Shown here piece after piece: positions 1 through 10,447 of a stretch of DNA of 39,935 bases. The DNA lies in contig NW_021835448.1 of the NCBI RefSeq assembly GCF_006345805.1, positions 1 through 39,935 of the forward strand, given 5' to 3'. The position numbers and the translations under genes were made by a program. Position 1 is the first letter of the stretch. The number at the start of each line of letters is the position of its first letter. This DNA comes from Octopus sinensis (Eukaryota). The notes under the pieces are model-generated. The model worked only from the letters and a program-made list of their open reading frames with translations, was not told where the DNA came from and ran no database searches.

Positions 1-285
1 ATGTGTAATGTATGTGTGTGTGGGTATGTATGTGCACACATGTATATATATGTATCGTGTATATTTATATATATATATATAATATATATGTGTACATATG
101 CGTATGTGGGTGTATGTGTATATATGGTGTAATATGTGTATATAGGGAACTAGGTGTGTTTTTGTGTGCATTTTTATTTTTTTTATTTTTTTATTTTATT
201 ATTTTATTTTTTATTTTTTATTTTATTTATCTTTTTATTATTTTTTTTATTTTTTTATTTTTTTATTTTTTATTTAATCCATTCT
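1..285. repeat. (TA)n/(TG)n microsatellite followed by a T-rich (TTTTTA)n-like low-complexity tract
   Basis: Seen directly. ORFs 12..308 and 154..393 are read-throughs of this repeat. Confidence 0.9.
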
Positions 286-426
286 TTTCTTTCTCTACTT
301 ACCACTGACTCCTTGACCACTCCCCCAAGTATGATATTTTGCGCTATGCCTACCCCAAAAAGTCCCCACCACCACTCCTTTAAACCTGCCTAAATGTATA
401 AATGCTAATACAAATTCTTGTTAAAT

Positions 427-477
427 AGCTTCCTGAAGATTTCTCTTGAATGAAACAGTACTAGTCCTGTAGAAGCT
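427..477 (+). ncRNA. Type I hammerhead ribozyme motif (family A, copy 1)
   Basis: Stem I is AGCTTC(427-432)/GAAGCT(472-477). The core CTGAAGA is at 433-439 and stem II is TTC-tctt-GAA. GAAAC is at 452-456, stem III is ACAG/CTGT, and the cleavage triplet GTA is at 469-471. Confidence 0.8.
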
Positions 478-560
478 CCTTCTATATAATAAATTAATTT
501 TACTCTGCTATGTATTGAGTACCTTACTTACTGTGGTTAACCCCGAATCAACCCGGGACC

Positions 561-563
<3 letters not shown>
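427..563 (+). mobile_element. Hammerhead-bearing short repeat (PLE terminal-repeat-like) ending in (TA)n
   Basis: It is colinear without indels with 33903-34039 (offset 33476; 4 substitutions seen in about 137 bp). Both copies run into (TA)n. Confidence 0.75.
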
Positions 564-596
<33 letters not shown>

Positions 597-806
597 ATAC
601 ATTTTATATACAACAACATTCTTTGATTAACAAAAGAAATTGAAATGTAGTCTGTTGTTTCTCCCCTACTCCAACCTTTGTCTATTTAACATACAACTTA
701 TATTAATAATATTCACTAATTATTTTGTCAATTTCTCAAAATCATAAACACGTCCTATTGATTATGTTTTAATGTATATAGCAATTATTTCTGTTTAATT
801 TGGCAG

Positions 807-836
807 AAAACCGTTTCCTATGTTGTTCTTCCTTCG
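807..836 (+). CDS. Candidate 30-nt host exon (KTVSYVVLPS or KPFPMLFFLR frame)
   Basis: Acceptor ttatttctgtttaatttggcAG and donor GTATGT; open in all three frames. No homology recognised. Confidence 0.2.
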
Positions 837-1149
837 GTATGTTCTATATCTGTATGTTCTAAATACGGAAATGACTCCAGGAATTGTTTCTGAAAACTGC
901 TGTTAATGGACTGGAACATTTTAAATGCCATCTTTTGCATTACATATATAGAAAATATGTCTGTCTTGTTAATCATTTTTGCTTAATTCTTTTCTGTGGT
1001 TTTCTTTTTATTATTTGCAGACTTATTTAATTATTTGACATTCTTGGTAGACATCTGTTATCTTTGTGTAGTGTATGTCTGCTATAGAGTTTAAAATTGC
1101 AGGGCCTCTCAATTGATGTACTAAAATTTCTATTTTGTGATTGTTTTAG

Positions 1150-1231
1150 GGTCCTAGTAGCACAAGGGGAGGGGAAAGCACCAATCGAAGTAAAAATTGA
1201 AACAATTTTCAGAGCTTCAGTGATGGATTAA
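1150..1231 (+). CDS. Candidate terminal host exon (VLVAQGEGKAPIEVKIETIFRASVMD*)
   Basis: Acceptor tattttgtgattgttttAG. It joins in frame with 807-836. No homology recognised. Confidence 0.2.
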
Positions 1232-1289
1232 GCCTCATGCAAAGAATTAAAACCTTCAATAATGAACTATAGTTTGAAACCCCAAATTT

Positions 1290-2420
1290 CTAAGATATGA
1301 AACAGTATTGGTCCCCTAATGCTTGACTGGTACCTCATGGTTGCAACCTTGAAGAGATGAAAATCAAATTAATGTGAGATTCGAACTAATGAGATCCATC
1401 ACATACAGTAAGACATCTTGTCTGTGATTCTAAGCATTCCACAAATACACCGACCTTAATACAGTAATGAATTTTTCTGACCTTTGTTACAGAACTTAAA
1501 GAAAATTTGGAGGGTGGGGGCAGGGTTGATTGCTTCCATTCGTCCCAGTACTTTGCTAGTACTCCATTATTTTATTGACCTCAGTTAGCAGAAGAGCAAA
1601 CTGTACTCAGAAATTAAGTGACACTATAAATAGTATATGGTAAGGCATTTTGTCCGAAGTTCTTATAAATTCTTCTAATCCCATTTCTCCTACATAATGA
1701 TAATAACAATAATAATAATAATAATGATAATAATGATGATGATAATCCTTCCTACTTAAGGCACGAGGCCTGAAATGTTGGGGGCGGATTAGTCGATTAC
1801 ATCTACCCCAGTGTGTAACTGGTACTTAACGTATTATTCCCGAAAAGATGAAAACAAAGTCATCCTTGGTGGAATATGAACACAGAATGTAAACACAGAT
1901 GAAATACTGCTAAGCATTTTCCCAGGCATGCTAATGATTGCTGTCTTCATACTACTACTACTACTACTACTCTACTACTACTAATAATAATAATAATAAT
2001 GACAATGATAATGCTTTCTGCTGTCAGCTCAAAGTCTGCAAGTTTAGGGGAGGGGACTAGTTGATTACATCAACTCCAATGCTTGACTATTTCACTGACT
2101 ACCAAAAGCCAAAGTTGACATTAGTAGAATTTGAACTCAAAACACAGGGATAGAGGAAATGCCACCAAGTATTCTGTTGAGTGTGCTAATGATTCTGCCA
2201 ACTTCCATAACAATAATCCTTTCCACTGTAGGCACAAGACCGATAATTTTTGGTGGAATGGTACTGGTCAGTTTCCTCCATCCCAGCACTTGACTCTTAC
2301 TCATCGAAACCGAAGGCATGATAGGCAAAACTGACTTTGGCAGAATTTGAAGAAAGGCCTGGAAGGAATGCTGCAAACATTTTGCCTTATGTGTTAATGG
2401 GTCTTTCTGCTTTCTGCCTT
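1290..2420 (-). mobile_element. Stack of about 5 tRNA-derived SINE copies with (ATT)n tails; the core resembles the Nin/Deu-type domain
   Basis: Recurrent plus-strand motif ...gaccccagt..actggtact..ttat..ccc gaaa.gatgaaa..caaagtc..c.t.g..gaat.tgaac.cagaa. It is the reverse complement of a B-box (GTTCAAATTC) head plus a CTTTCATC..TTCGG..ATAA..AGTACC core. The best copy is about 1745-1945. The domain name is from memory. Confidence 0.75.
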
Positions 2421-2519
2421 AACAACAACAACAACAGAAACAGCAGCAGTAGCTGCAACAACAACAAAAACAGAAGCAGCAGCAGCAGCTGCAACAACAA
2501 CAACAACAACAACAGAGTT

Positions 2520-3152
2520 AGTTAAACAAGTTTTTTTGGAGATAAACATCTTTTGGAGAAAGCAATGAGAGAATGACAAGTAGAAATGACACATGCAAAT
2601 GAATTGCTAAGTAACGTGACAATGCACAGAGGCATTTTCCACAGAGACTCAAATTCTCCATTATTCTTCGTCATTGTGCTAATCTCTTTGACAAATATAC
2701 TGAGAAAATCCAGGCCTGACTATAAGTTTACCGAAACTAAGATAAGAATAAATCACCTACTTTATATGGATGACCTCAAGATGTTTACCAAAAAATTAGA
2801 CAGACCTGGATTCCCCTAATCTAAACAGTGAAGATATGCAGTAAGGAAATTAGAATGCAGTTTGAGGTAGATAATTGTACAGAAGACACAAAGAATAGAG
2901 GCCGAATAAAGTTTGATGGCATAAAATTACCACAAGACAATATCATTCGATTGCTATGGAATAATGAGGGATACAAATAACTAGAAGTGCTGTAAGACAA
3001 TGAAATAGTGGAGAGGGAAATGAGAGAGAAAGTCACTAAAGAATACAAAAAGAGAATTTGGAAGGTGCTCAAAACAAAATTTGAAATAGGTAGAATTTGA
3101 GGCATGCCAACAGCAAAGGTCATGCCTATAATAAATGATACATTGGGAGCAT
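2520..3152 (+). mobile_element. R4/Dong-like (RLE-type) non-LTR retrotransposon, decayed RT fragment
   Basis: RGIFHRDSNSPLFFVI corresponds to the RGIFQGDSLSP motif, and INHLLYMDDLKMF is the YMDD catalytic motif. These are followed by YK*LEVL and TKEYKKRIWKVLKTK, with stops and frameshifts. Confidence 0.85.
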
Positions 3153-3790
3153 TTATTTAGTAAACTCACTCGAGGACAGCACTTCTGGTTCCACCCTCAG
3201 TTTCCTTCTCAAGTGAAACTTGAAGACATCAATGAGAGCTTTGGTACAAAGAGGATTGGATCTGTCCTCATGCCTTTCAGCCTTGTCCACCAAACAACCT
3301 CTTGCACCACAGCCACCAGGCAAAGTAAAACTGCCTTGCCTGACTGATTGAAGGAGGGTGGCAGGGCAATCATAAACTACAGACTTGGCCGACAAGTGGA
3401 TATGTCCTATATGTGACAGCAGATGTTCAACCTTACCCCACAAGTCAGCAATGCCTGGACACTGAACAAGTGTTTTGTCATTCTGCACACACCTCAGACA
3501 AATCTGTCTGACAGTACATCCATGCCTATAGAGTTTATCTCAAGCAAGTATCACCCCCTGGTAGCACTGCCTGGCCAATGACATCTGGAAATTATCCATG
3601 ATAGTTCCCAGAAGTCCTCTGGAACAGACTAGCCAGTTTGTTTTTGTCGGTGCCTCCCTGAGAACATTTTCACACTTCCCCACCACTAAACCTCTATAAA
3701 TTTCTAAAGTGGAACAACCACTGATCTCATTGCCTGACTGGTAGAGGTCTGTGAGAACCCAATGATATTCTAGGTGCCAGGCACTCATTC
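3152..3790 (-). mobile_element. L1/Tx1-clade LINE 3' coding remnant (C-terminal zinc knuckle region)
   Basis: The minus strand reads DKLYRHGCTVRQICLRCVQND..LVQCPGIADLWGKVEHLL (degenerate CxxC..H..CP..W knuckle) and ends FKFHLRRKLRVEPEVLSSSEF. Confidence 0.7.
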
Positions 3791-3799
3791 TCAGTCTTT

Positions 3800-3946
3800 T
3801 AATAATAATAATAATAATAATAGTAGTAGTAGTAATGATAATAACAATAATAGTAATGATAATAATAATAATAGTAATGATAATAATAATAATGATGATA
3901 ATAATAATAATAATAATAATGATAATAATAATAATAATAATAATAA

Positions 3947-3977
<31 letters not shown>

Positions 3978-3978
3978 A
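3800..3978. repeat. Compound (TAA)n/(TAG)n/(AAG)n microsatellite
   Basis: Seen directly. Confidence 0.95.
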
Positions 3979-5094
3979 ATGGAGTCAGTTTTAATGGAAT
4001 GAAATGATTTGTAACAGTCTATGTTCAGTAATGAAGGTTCTCAGTTCTTTCAGCTTCCACAGCAGTGATTTAAGTGCCATTATTCACTGAAAGAATATAT
4101 GATGGTACCCCAGATGGATGAAATGTGTGACTTGGAATCATATCGATAGGTTGTCATTTAGTTTCACCATTGAGCAGACACAGTTGGGCATTCAGGTAAT
4201 CCTACCTCTGGAACTGGGACCAAAGTTGCCTGTGCTGTGGTTGAGCATCAGGTAGCAAATATCAAAAGTAGTGGAATATGAAAACTAGTGAAACTAATCC
4301 AAACCAATCACATGTCCAACAGAAGTGAAGTCTTTTATCCACTCCCATTTACTCATAACACAACAATACCCTATCCATGTGTGTGTGTGTGTGTGTTACG
4401 TGCTTTTCTTGGGCAATTCTTTCCTTTCTCATTGGGCTTTTTCCTCTTTCCTCTTTCTGGCAAAAAGAGCCATGCTTGTAACATCATAGGCCTTCTTTTT
4501 CCTGCCTCAAACTTTCTCTGAGCATCAATCTGATATATTCATTGTGTATGTCCTTTTGACTTTAGTTGCTTTTCCTCTTTTTTGCTTTTAATTTTGATTT
4601 GTACACACACAGATGCACACACACACACACACATATACATACACACACATATACATGTGAGAGTGTATTCATGTTTTTTACTCACTTTCAGAAAAAGTTT
4701 AATTTCTTAATGGCCAGTCTAGTTTTGCATAAACAATAATACTAGTGTAAAATATGTGTTTGTGTATGTGTATGTGTGTGTGTGTGTGTGTGCATGTGTG
4801 TGTGTGCGTATGATACACTTATACAATAACACAAAAAAAAAAGACTGGAAAGAGCATACAAAAGATACACTTTTTCGCTTAAATAATTTGCTTTAAATAT
4901 GATACATCATTAAAAAGAAAAATGGAACTGTTTCTCAAAGTGCGTTAAGAAGATTAATATGTATTCTCACATTATTATAGGTTCTTAATGAAATATCTGT
5001 CTTTCTTGGATTTAATTACAATTGTCAACCAGAGTAGTGAGAATTATATTAAAAAAATAATCAAGACTACAATACTGATAGTCGTAGTAGTAGT

Positions 5095-5392
5095 AGTGGT
5101 TTCAAGTTTTAGCACAAGGCCAGCAATTACAGTGGAAGGGTAAGTTGATTACATCAGCCTCAGTGCTCAACTGGTACTTAATTTATCCTTCCTAAATGAA
5201 TGAAAGGCAAAGTCACCCTTGGCAGAATTTGAACTCAGAAAATAATAATAATGATAATAATAATAATAATAATCCTTTCTACTATAGGCACAAAAAGGCC
5301 TGGAATTTGAGAGGAGGGAACTAGTCAATTACATTGACCCAAGTGTTTCATTGGAACTTAATTTATCGACCCCGAAAGGACAAAAGGCAAAT
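5095..5392 (-). mobile_element. Two tandem partial copies of the Nin/Deu-core-like tRNA SINE
   Basis: Contains caactggtacttaatttat..gaaaggcaaagtcaccctt ggcagaatttgaactcagaa and a second acttaatttatcgaccccgaaaggacaaaaggcaaa, separated by (TAA)n. Confidence 0.8.
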
Positions 5393-5416
5393 AATGATGA
5401 TGACCATCATAATAAT

Positions 5417-5959
5417 AAATGCCCTGATGCAGTACTAGGCAGTAGCTATCGTGGTTTCTGATCTTAACTGATTGGAAGTGTTTGTTTTGGTATAAAAGGT
5501 TGGCTACAGTAAATATTATACTCAATACCACAGATTTGCTTGTCAGTCGTTTGACCTTAACTATTTGAGCATGTCCCTTAGTTGCTGACGATATGTGCAT
5601 CTCTGATTACAAGCAGAAGTGGTTGGGGAGCCTCATAGCCATGTGGTGAGAGGAATTCTTTGGGGTTTGGATAATTCACCTCTGGAAACATGGATGTTTT
5701 GTTCAAAATGCTTAAACGACCCTTATTCAGGCACCATTTGAGTGGGATGGGCTACTCGACCTGAAGAAAATTCTAGCTGGGTCCCACCTACAAAGTCAAG
5801 TGACATTTATCTTGATATGAGATCACCATGTCTCGCACATATGGTTGTGATGCATATGCCTGGTATATCCTTATCAGATGTTTAGTTATGATGGGTATAC
5901 TGGGCTTCATATATTTTACCTCAGTGTCACTTTGATGGCATGCATTGGTTTCTCACTCA
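5417..5959. mobile_element. About 540-bp non-coding interspersed repeat flanked on both sides by (TAA)n
   Basis: Sharp boundaries at TAA tracts, higher GC than the flanks and no ORF. I recognise it from memory as an abundant octopus repeat; the family is unassigned. Confidence 0.55.
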
Positions 5960-6009
5960 ATAATAATAATCATAATAATAATAATAATGATAATAATAAT
6001 GATAAAATA

Positions 6010-6536
6010 TTCAAGTTGTAGGGCATGAAGATGAAAACACTACCCTAATAACTGGAGCGTTGGGTATGATAAAAAAAAGGGTATGAATGAAAATATAAAG
6101 GCTTAACCTGGACCCTCAATACTATTCAAAAAGTAGGGCCGCTAGGAGGAGGGTGTATCCTATGCAAGATATTGTCATTTTAGTTGTACAACACAAATAA
6201 TAAAACAATCTACAAACATGAAACACTCTGTAGAGTAAATATGCTTTGAAATAAACAGGCTTCACACGATGTACTCTCCTGGTCGAGTATTCATCAAAAG
6301 AACACAACTTGCATTACACACACAACACACAATACAGGCAGTAATGCAGCCAAAACCTCAAAGCCAAAGCCCAACAAACTGATGCAATACAATACTAGGA
6401 AAATTTTATACTCTACCAAGAAAAAAAGTAAAAAAAAAGCAACAAAAAAGTAGAACACACAATTTTGATCACACCTCAGTAACACGGAGGTGTAGCAGGT
6501 GTTGCAGTAGAAATTTGCCTGGAACTATCTGATGTC

Positions 6537-6541
<5 letters not shown>
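6010..6541 (+). mobile_element. 5'-truncated R4/Dong-like element: last codons plus 3'UTR ending in (TAA)n
   Basis: Frameshifted ..KTL-P-ITGALGMIKK matches the PIIIGALG C-terminal motif of RLE elements. It is bounded by (TAA)n on both sides. Confidence 0.6.
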
Positions 6542-6593
<52 letters not shown>

Positions 6594-7363
6594 TAAATGA
6601 AATAGAAAAAGAATTAGAAGAAGGTGAAACAAAATGAAAAGTGTAAAAGTGGTTACAGAAGGCTGTCATTAGATTGTATTCACACCCAATTATTGTTTAT
6701 TCATTTGGAGAATTGGGGAGCACAATTTCTTATCAGATTGGCAGCGTGCCCCTATTGAAAAAAAAAAAAAAGAAAAGTGGATACATTTTAAAAATAGGAA
6801 GCAAAAAAAAAAAAAAAAAAAAGAATCTGTAGATATTGCAAAAATAAATAATATACAACAAATGAAAACTGGTATTAAAATTTGAAATGAAAGAAACCTT
6901 AGGAAGAAGTTAGCAGTCAATTCCTTTATCTTATTGGAAAGTATAAGAGTTGCCAATATACTTCTCTATAAAAGGTTGCTTCTGACTTATTGTCTTGTGA
7001 ACCCATGGAAACTGCACTTTCTGTTGCTTTCTATGTCCACAGTATGATATACAGAATGCTATTTTGAATTTATTGTGCTTCTGTCACTAATATTGAATTT
7101 TTACCCAGCCTTCTGGCTATTTATGGAACTTTTGATTTCTTAATCACTGTTTTTCTACATCATTTGAAACTTAATTTGTCTAAGCATTCAGGAGATAGGA
7201 GATGCCATACTAGGACATGGAAATCATAATTTAGCAATTCTCCCTCAATGGTTTTTGTTTGTTTCTCTGCTTTTTAACACTGTAAATCTGTATAAGATGC
7301 TTTGTCAAGTCGAATATTACAGACGTGTGGCTTTCTACAATATATCCCCGTAAGGTAATGTGT

Positions 7364-7685
7364 GGAGGCACAATGGCCCAGTGGTTAGGGTAGCGGACTC
7401 ACGGTCGGAAGATCACGGTTTTGATTCCCAGACTGGCTGTTGTGTGTGTTTATTGAGCAAAAACACCTAAAGCTCCACGAGGCTCAGGCAAGGGGTGGTG
7501 GCAACCCCTGTTGTACTCTTTCACCCCAACTTTCTCTCACTCTTTCTTCCTGTTTCTTGAGTAATGCTGCAATGGACTGGCATCCCGTCCAACTGGGGGC
7601 AACACATACACTACAGAAACTGGGAAACTGACCCATAATCCTGGCTAGGCTTGAAAAGGGCGCATAAATAAAAATAAAATAAAAA
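7364..7685 (+). mobile_element. tRNA-derived SINE with A-rich tail
   Basis: A box TGGCCCAGTGG (7374-7384) and B box GGTTTTGATTCCC (7417-7429). The core ATGGACTGGCATCCCGTCCA resembles the V-SINE domain (from memory). It ends in an ataaataaaaataaaa tail. Confidence 0.8.
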
Positions 7686-7766
7686 GTAATATGTACAGAA
7701 CACTATTTTGAAATAATGCTGCTTCCATCACTAATATCAAATTATAGTTTTTTAGTTTACCATTTT

Positions 7767-7900
7767 AAGGCAGTGGCTTAGCAGAATCATTCGAGAGCTG
7801 GTTAGGTTGCCTTATGGCAATTGTTTAGATATTTTATGGCCTCAGTTCAAATCCAGCCTATGTCAGTTGTACTTTTAATTATTTTGGGGGTTGATAAAAA
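7767..7900 (+). mobile_element. Decayed copy of the Nin/Deu-core-like SINE
   Basis: aaggcagtggcttagcagaatc...cagttcaaatcc...gggggttgataaaaa matches the reverse complement of the minus-strand copies. Confidence 0.55.
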
Positions 7901-8353
7901 GAAATAACAAAAAAAATCATGACCAGTTCAAGTTTAAACAATAAATGATTGATTCATTTTTCCTAAGTTCTGATAGATTTGAACATGACTATGCTAATCA
8001 CTGCACCTCATGAATCAATATCTGGTTGGCAGACATCTGAATGCATCAACTAATAATTTGATTACAGATTCCTATAAACATGAGCTTGTGCTTCCATTTT
8101 TCCTAAGATCCATGGTCCTTGGTAGATTCAAATGAAGAGATGCACAATGAAGTCAAAATACGTGGCAGTCTCTCAAAGTCCCGTTTACACATATAAATCA
8201 TGTGTCACGAACACGTCATATTGCCTTAAGGAGGAAGATGTTCTCTGAGAGCGAATAATATCAGTAATCAGATATTCATGTTTGAACCTACTAGAGAGTA
8301 TTAAGAGAGAATAGACACATTACTGGGGAAAAATCAACAGTACTAAGATGATG

Positions 8354-8389
<36 letters not shown>

Positions 8390-8392
<3 letters not shown>

Positions 8393-8830
8393 GATCAGCT
8401 GCTAGAGCATAGCAGACCAGACCTAGTGGTGGTGGACAAGGTGCACCACATTTGCTATACAGTTGATGTTGCATGCCCCTTTAACCCACGAATAGCCAAG
8501 AAGGAAGGCGAAAAAATAGATAGATACAACCCTCTTAAGTACGAAATAGTCCGGCTATGGAAAATGAAGAAGGCGAAGTTAGTGCCAAATATTGTCGGGT
8601 CCTTGGCAACAGTATCAGAAGGCACCGAGAGGAATATAAAGGCAATTGGAATAGAGTGCCCAGTAGAGTTGTTACAAATGCCCCCTTGACATGCACGGCC
8701 AGAATAATCAGAGAAGTATTAGATAGCTGAAAAGAACGAATAGCATGGAACTGTAGGCTGCAGGTAGCAAGGCCGTTATGCATGCAAGACTCCAGGAGTT
8801 CCAACAAAACCTGGGATAAAGAGAAGATAC
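8390..8830 (+). mobile_element. 5'-truncated R4/Dong-like element, restriction-like endonuclease (RLE) C-terminus
   Basis: EHSRPDLVVVDKVHHICYTVDVACPFNPRIAKKEGEKIDRYNPLKYEI contains the PD..D and K..Y..L RLE motifs. It starts immediately after (TAA)n and is followed by (CTA)n/(TAA)n. Confidence 0.85.
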
Positions 8831-8882
8831 TACTTTACTGCTGCTGCTGCTGCTACTACTACTACTACTACTACTACTACTA

Positions 8883-8913
<31 letters not shown>

Positions 8914-9654
8914 ATAATAATAATAATAATAGTAAATAGGCCGACTTCAGATTCAGTTCACAACGAATGTTTTGAAAATTAAAAAGTATTTAAATCTAGA
9001 ACAATCAAATTTACGACCTAAGGGTAAATTGATCCCAGTTTGAGAACCCCTGGTCAAGATGCTCTGTAGTATTGTTTACTTAACCCCGGTCTACTGGCAC
9101 CTCTACCACTTTACTCAGTTGATTCCTAATGGCTGTGAACCACAAAAGTAGAACCGGTAGAAAGGTTGAAGAATTAACAACAAATCTGGAATCCTGGAAC
9201 TTATCAAAATTGGGATCCACCGCTTCGATCCCAATGCGATTTGATCACGGAATACGAGGAAACGTAACTAAATATTAGATGACATTTCATGCGATCTTCA
9301 CCGATTCTGCCATTCTAGTGTTTTGCAAAGTATTTGATTAATATTTATTATTTCACGATTTGTACGTAACCCTCACTTTGTGAGGAAATCGTTTGATTCG
9401 ATTGATTTCATTCTTTGATTTGTACAAAGTTTTATCGACACCGGAAATATGTGACGCAATTAAAAGCTATTTATGTCTTGCAATGCATGGAAGAGGATCG
9501 ATATATCCGTTGCTTTGATCAGCATTTCATGGCATTGATCCCTATGGATATAATCCTAATTTATATTTCTCTCGCCCCCCCAGCCCCACCATGGCAAACA
9601 CCAGTGTAAGTGTGAGTGTACTTGTCAACTTTCACTCATCACTAGCTTATTTCT

Positions 9655-9870
9655 TCTCATCGTCATCAACATCATAATCATCATCAGCATCATCACCATC
9701 GTTTCCGTCACCATCGTCACCATCAACATCATCATCATCACCTTCATCGTCATCATCATCATCAACATTATCATCATCATCATCATCATCGTCACCATCA
9801 ACATCGTCATCATCGTCTCTATCGTTGTCTCCGTCATCGCATTCGTTGCTGTTTCCGTCATCGACATTTT
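9655..9870. repeat. Degenerate (CAT/CGT)n trinucleotide tract ((GAT)n on the minus strand)
   Basis: Seen directly. It produces the poly-Asp and poly-Met ORFs in the track. Confidence 0.85.
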
Positions 9871-9893
9871 CCACACTATCACCATCAACCTGT

Positions 9894-10029
9894 TCACATA
9901 GGATCAATTTTCGATGCTGGTATCTTTTCTTGAAGAATTACGTAACGCAGCATATCTCTTCTTCTCTCAATTCTTTGTAATCTTCCCCTTGTTTTTCTTT
10001 GTTCTTGACTCATGGCAAAAATTGGTGCC
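9894..10029 (-). CDS. Candidate terminal coding exon: (x)APIFAMSQEQRKTRGRLQRIERRRDMLRYVILQEKIPASKIDPM*
   Basis: Pyrimidine-rich acceptor ttccttatcagtccattccgactttAG (AG at 10031-10030) and 44 non-repetitive protein-like codons. TGA is at 9896-9894 and a downstream AATAAA is at 9349-9344. The protein family was not recognised. Confidence 0.35.
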
Positions 10030-10233
10030 CTAAAGTCGGAATGGACTGATAAGGAACCGTGGATATTTCGACGTCACACATCTTTAGGTTTAAAAACCAA
10101 CAGCACATCGTGTAATGCCATCTTAGATACACAATGCTTCAAAGAAGTGTTGATGAAACCTGGAACGCTTTTGATCATAACTCTGGTTCAATCAGGATTG
10201 AGCTAAGGCTGAACAGCAGTGACAACCACAATC

Positions 10234-10447
10234 TTTTCTACTGTAAGCACAGAGGCAGAAGTTTTATGGGAAGGTCTAGTCAATTACCTCGACCCCAGTG
10301 CTCCACTGGTATTCATTTCATCGAGCCAGAAAGGAAGGAAAGCAAAGTCGATCTTCATGGAGTTTGAACTGAGAACGTAAAAGACGGATGAAATGCCTCC
10401 AAGCAGTTTGTCCAGCATGCTAACAACTCTGCAAGTTCACCGCCTTA
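10234..10447 (-). mobile_element. Near full-length Nin/Deu-core-like tRNA SINE
   Basis: It spans from the tail (tttctactgtaagcac) through the core (gaccccagtgctccactggtattc..gaaagcaaagtcgatc) to the tRNA head (gaactgagaacg...tctgcaagttcaccgcctt). Confidence 0.85.

Noticed and set aside
12-393. 98-aa and 79-aa ORFs that look hydrophobic or membrane-like
   Set aside because: They are translations of (TA)n and T-rich low-complexity DNA.
7364-7440. tRNA-like sequence with A and B boxes
   Set aside because: It continues into a SINE body and tail, and no complete cloverleaf is evident. It is a SINE head, not a tRNA gene.
9040-9057. CAGTTTGAGAACCCCTG, a hAT-MITE-like terminal repeat
   Set aside because: No partner TIR or TSD was found nearby.
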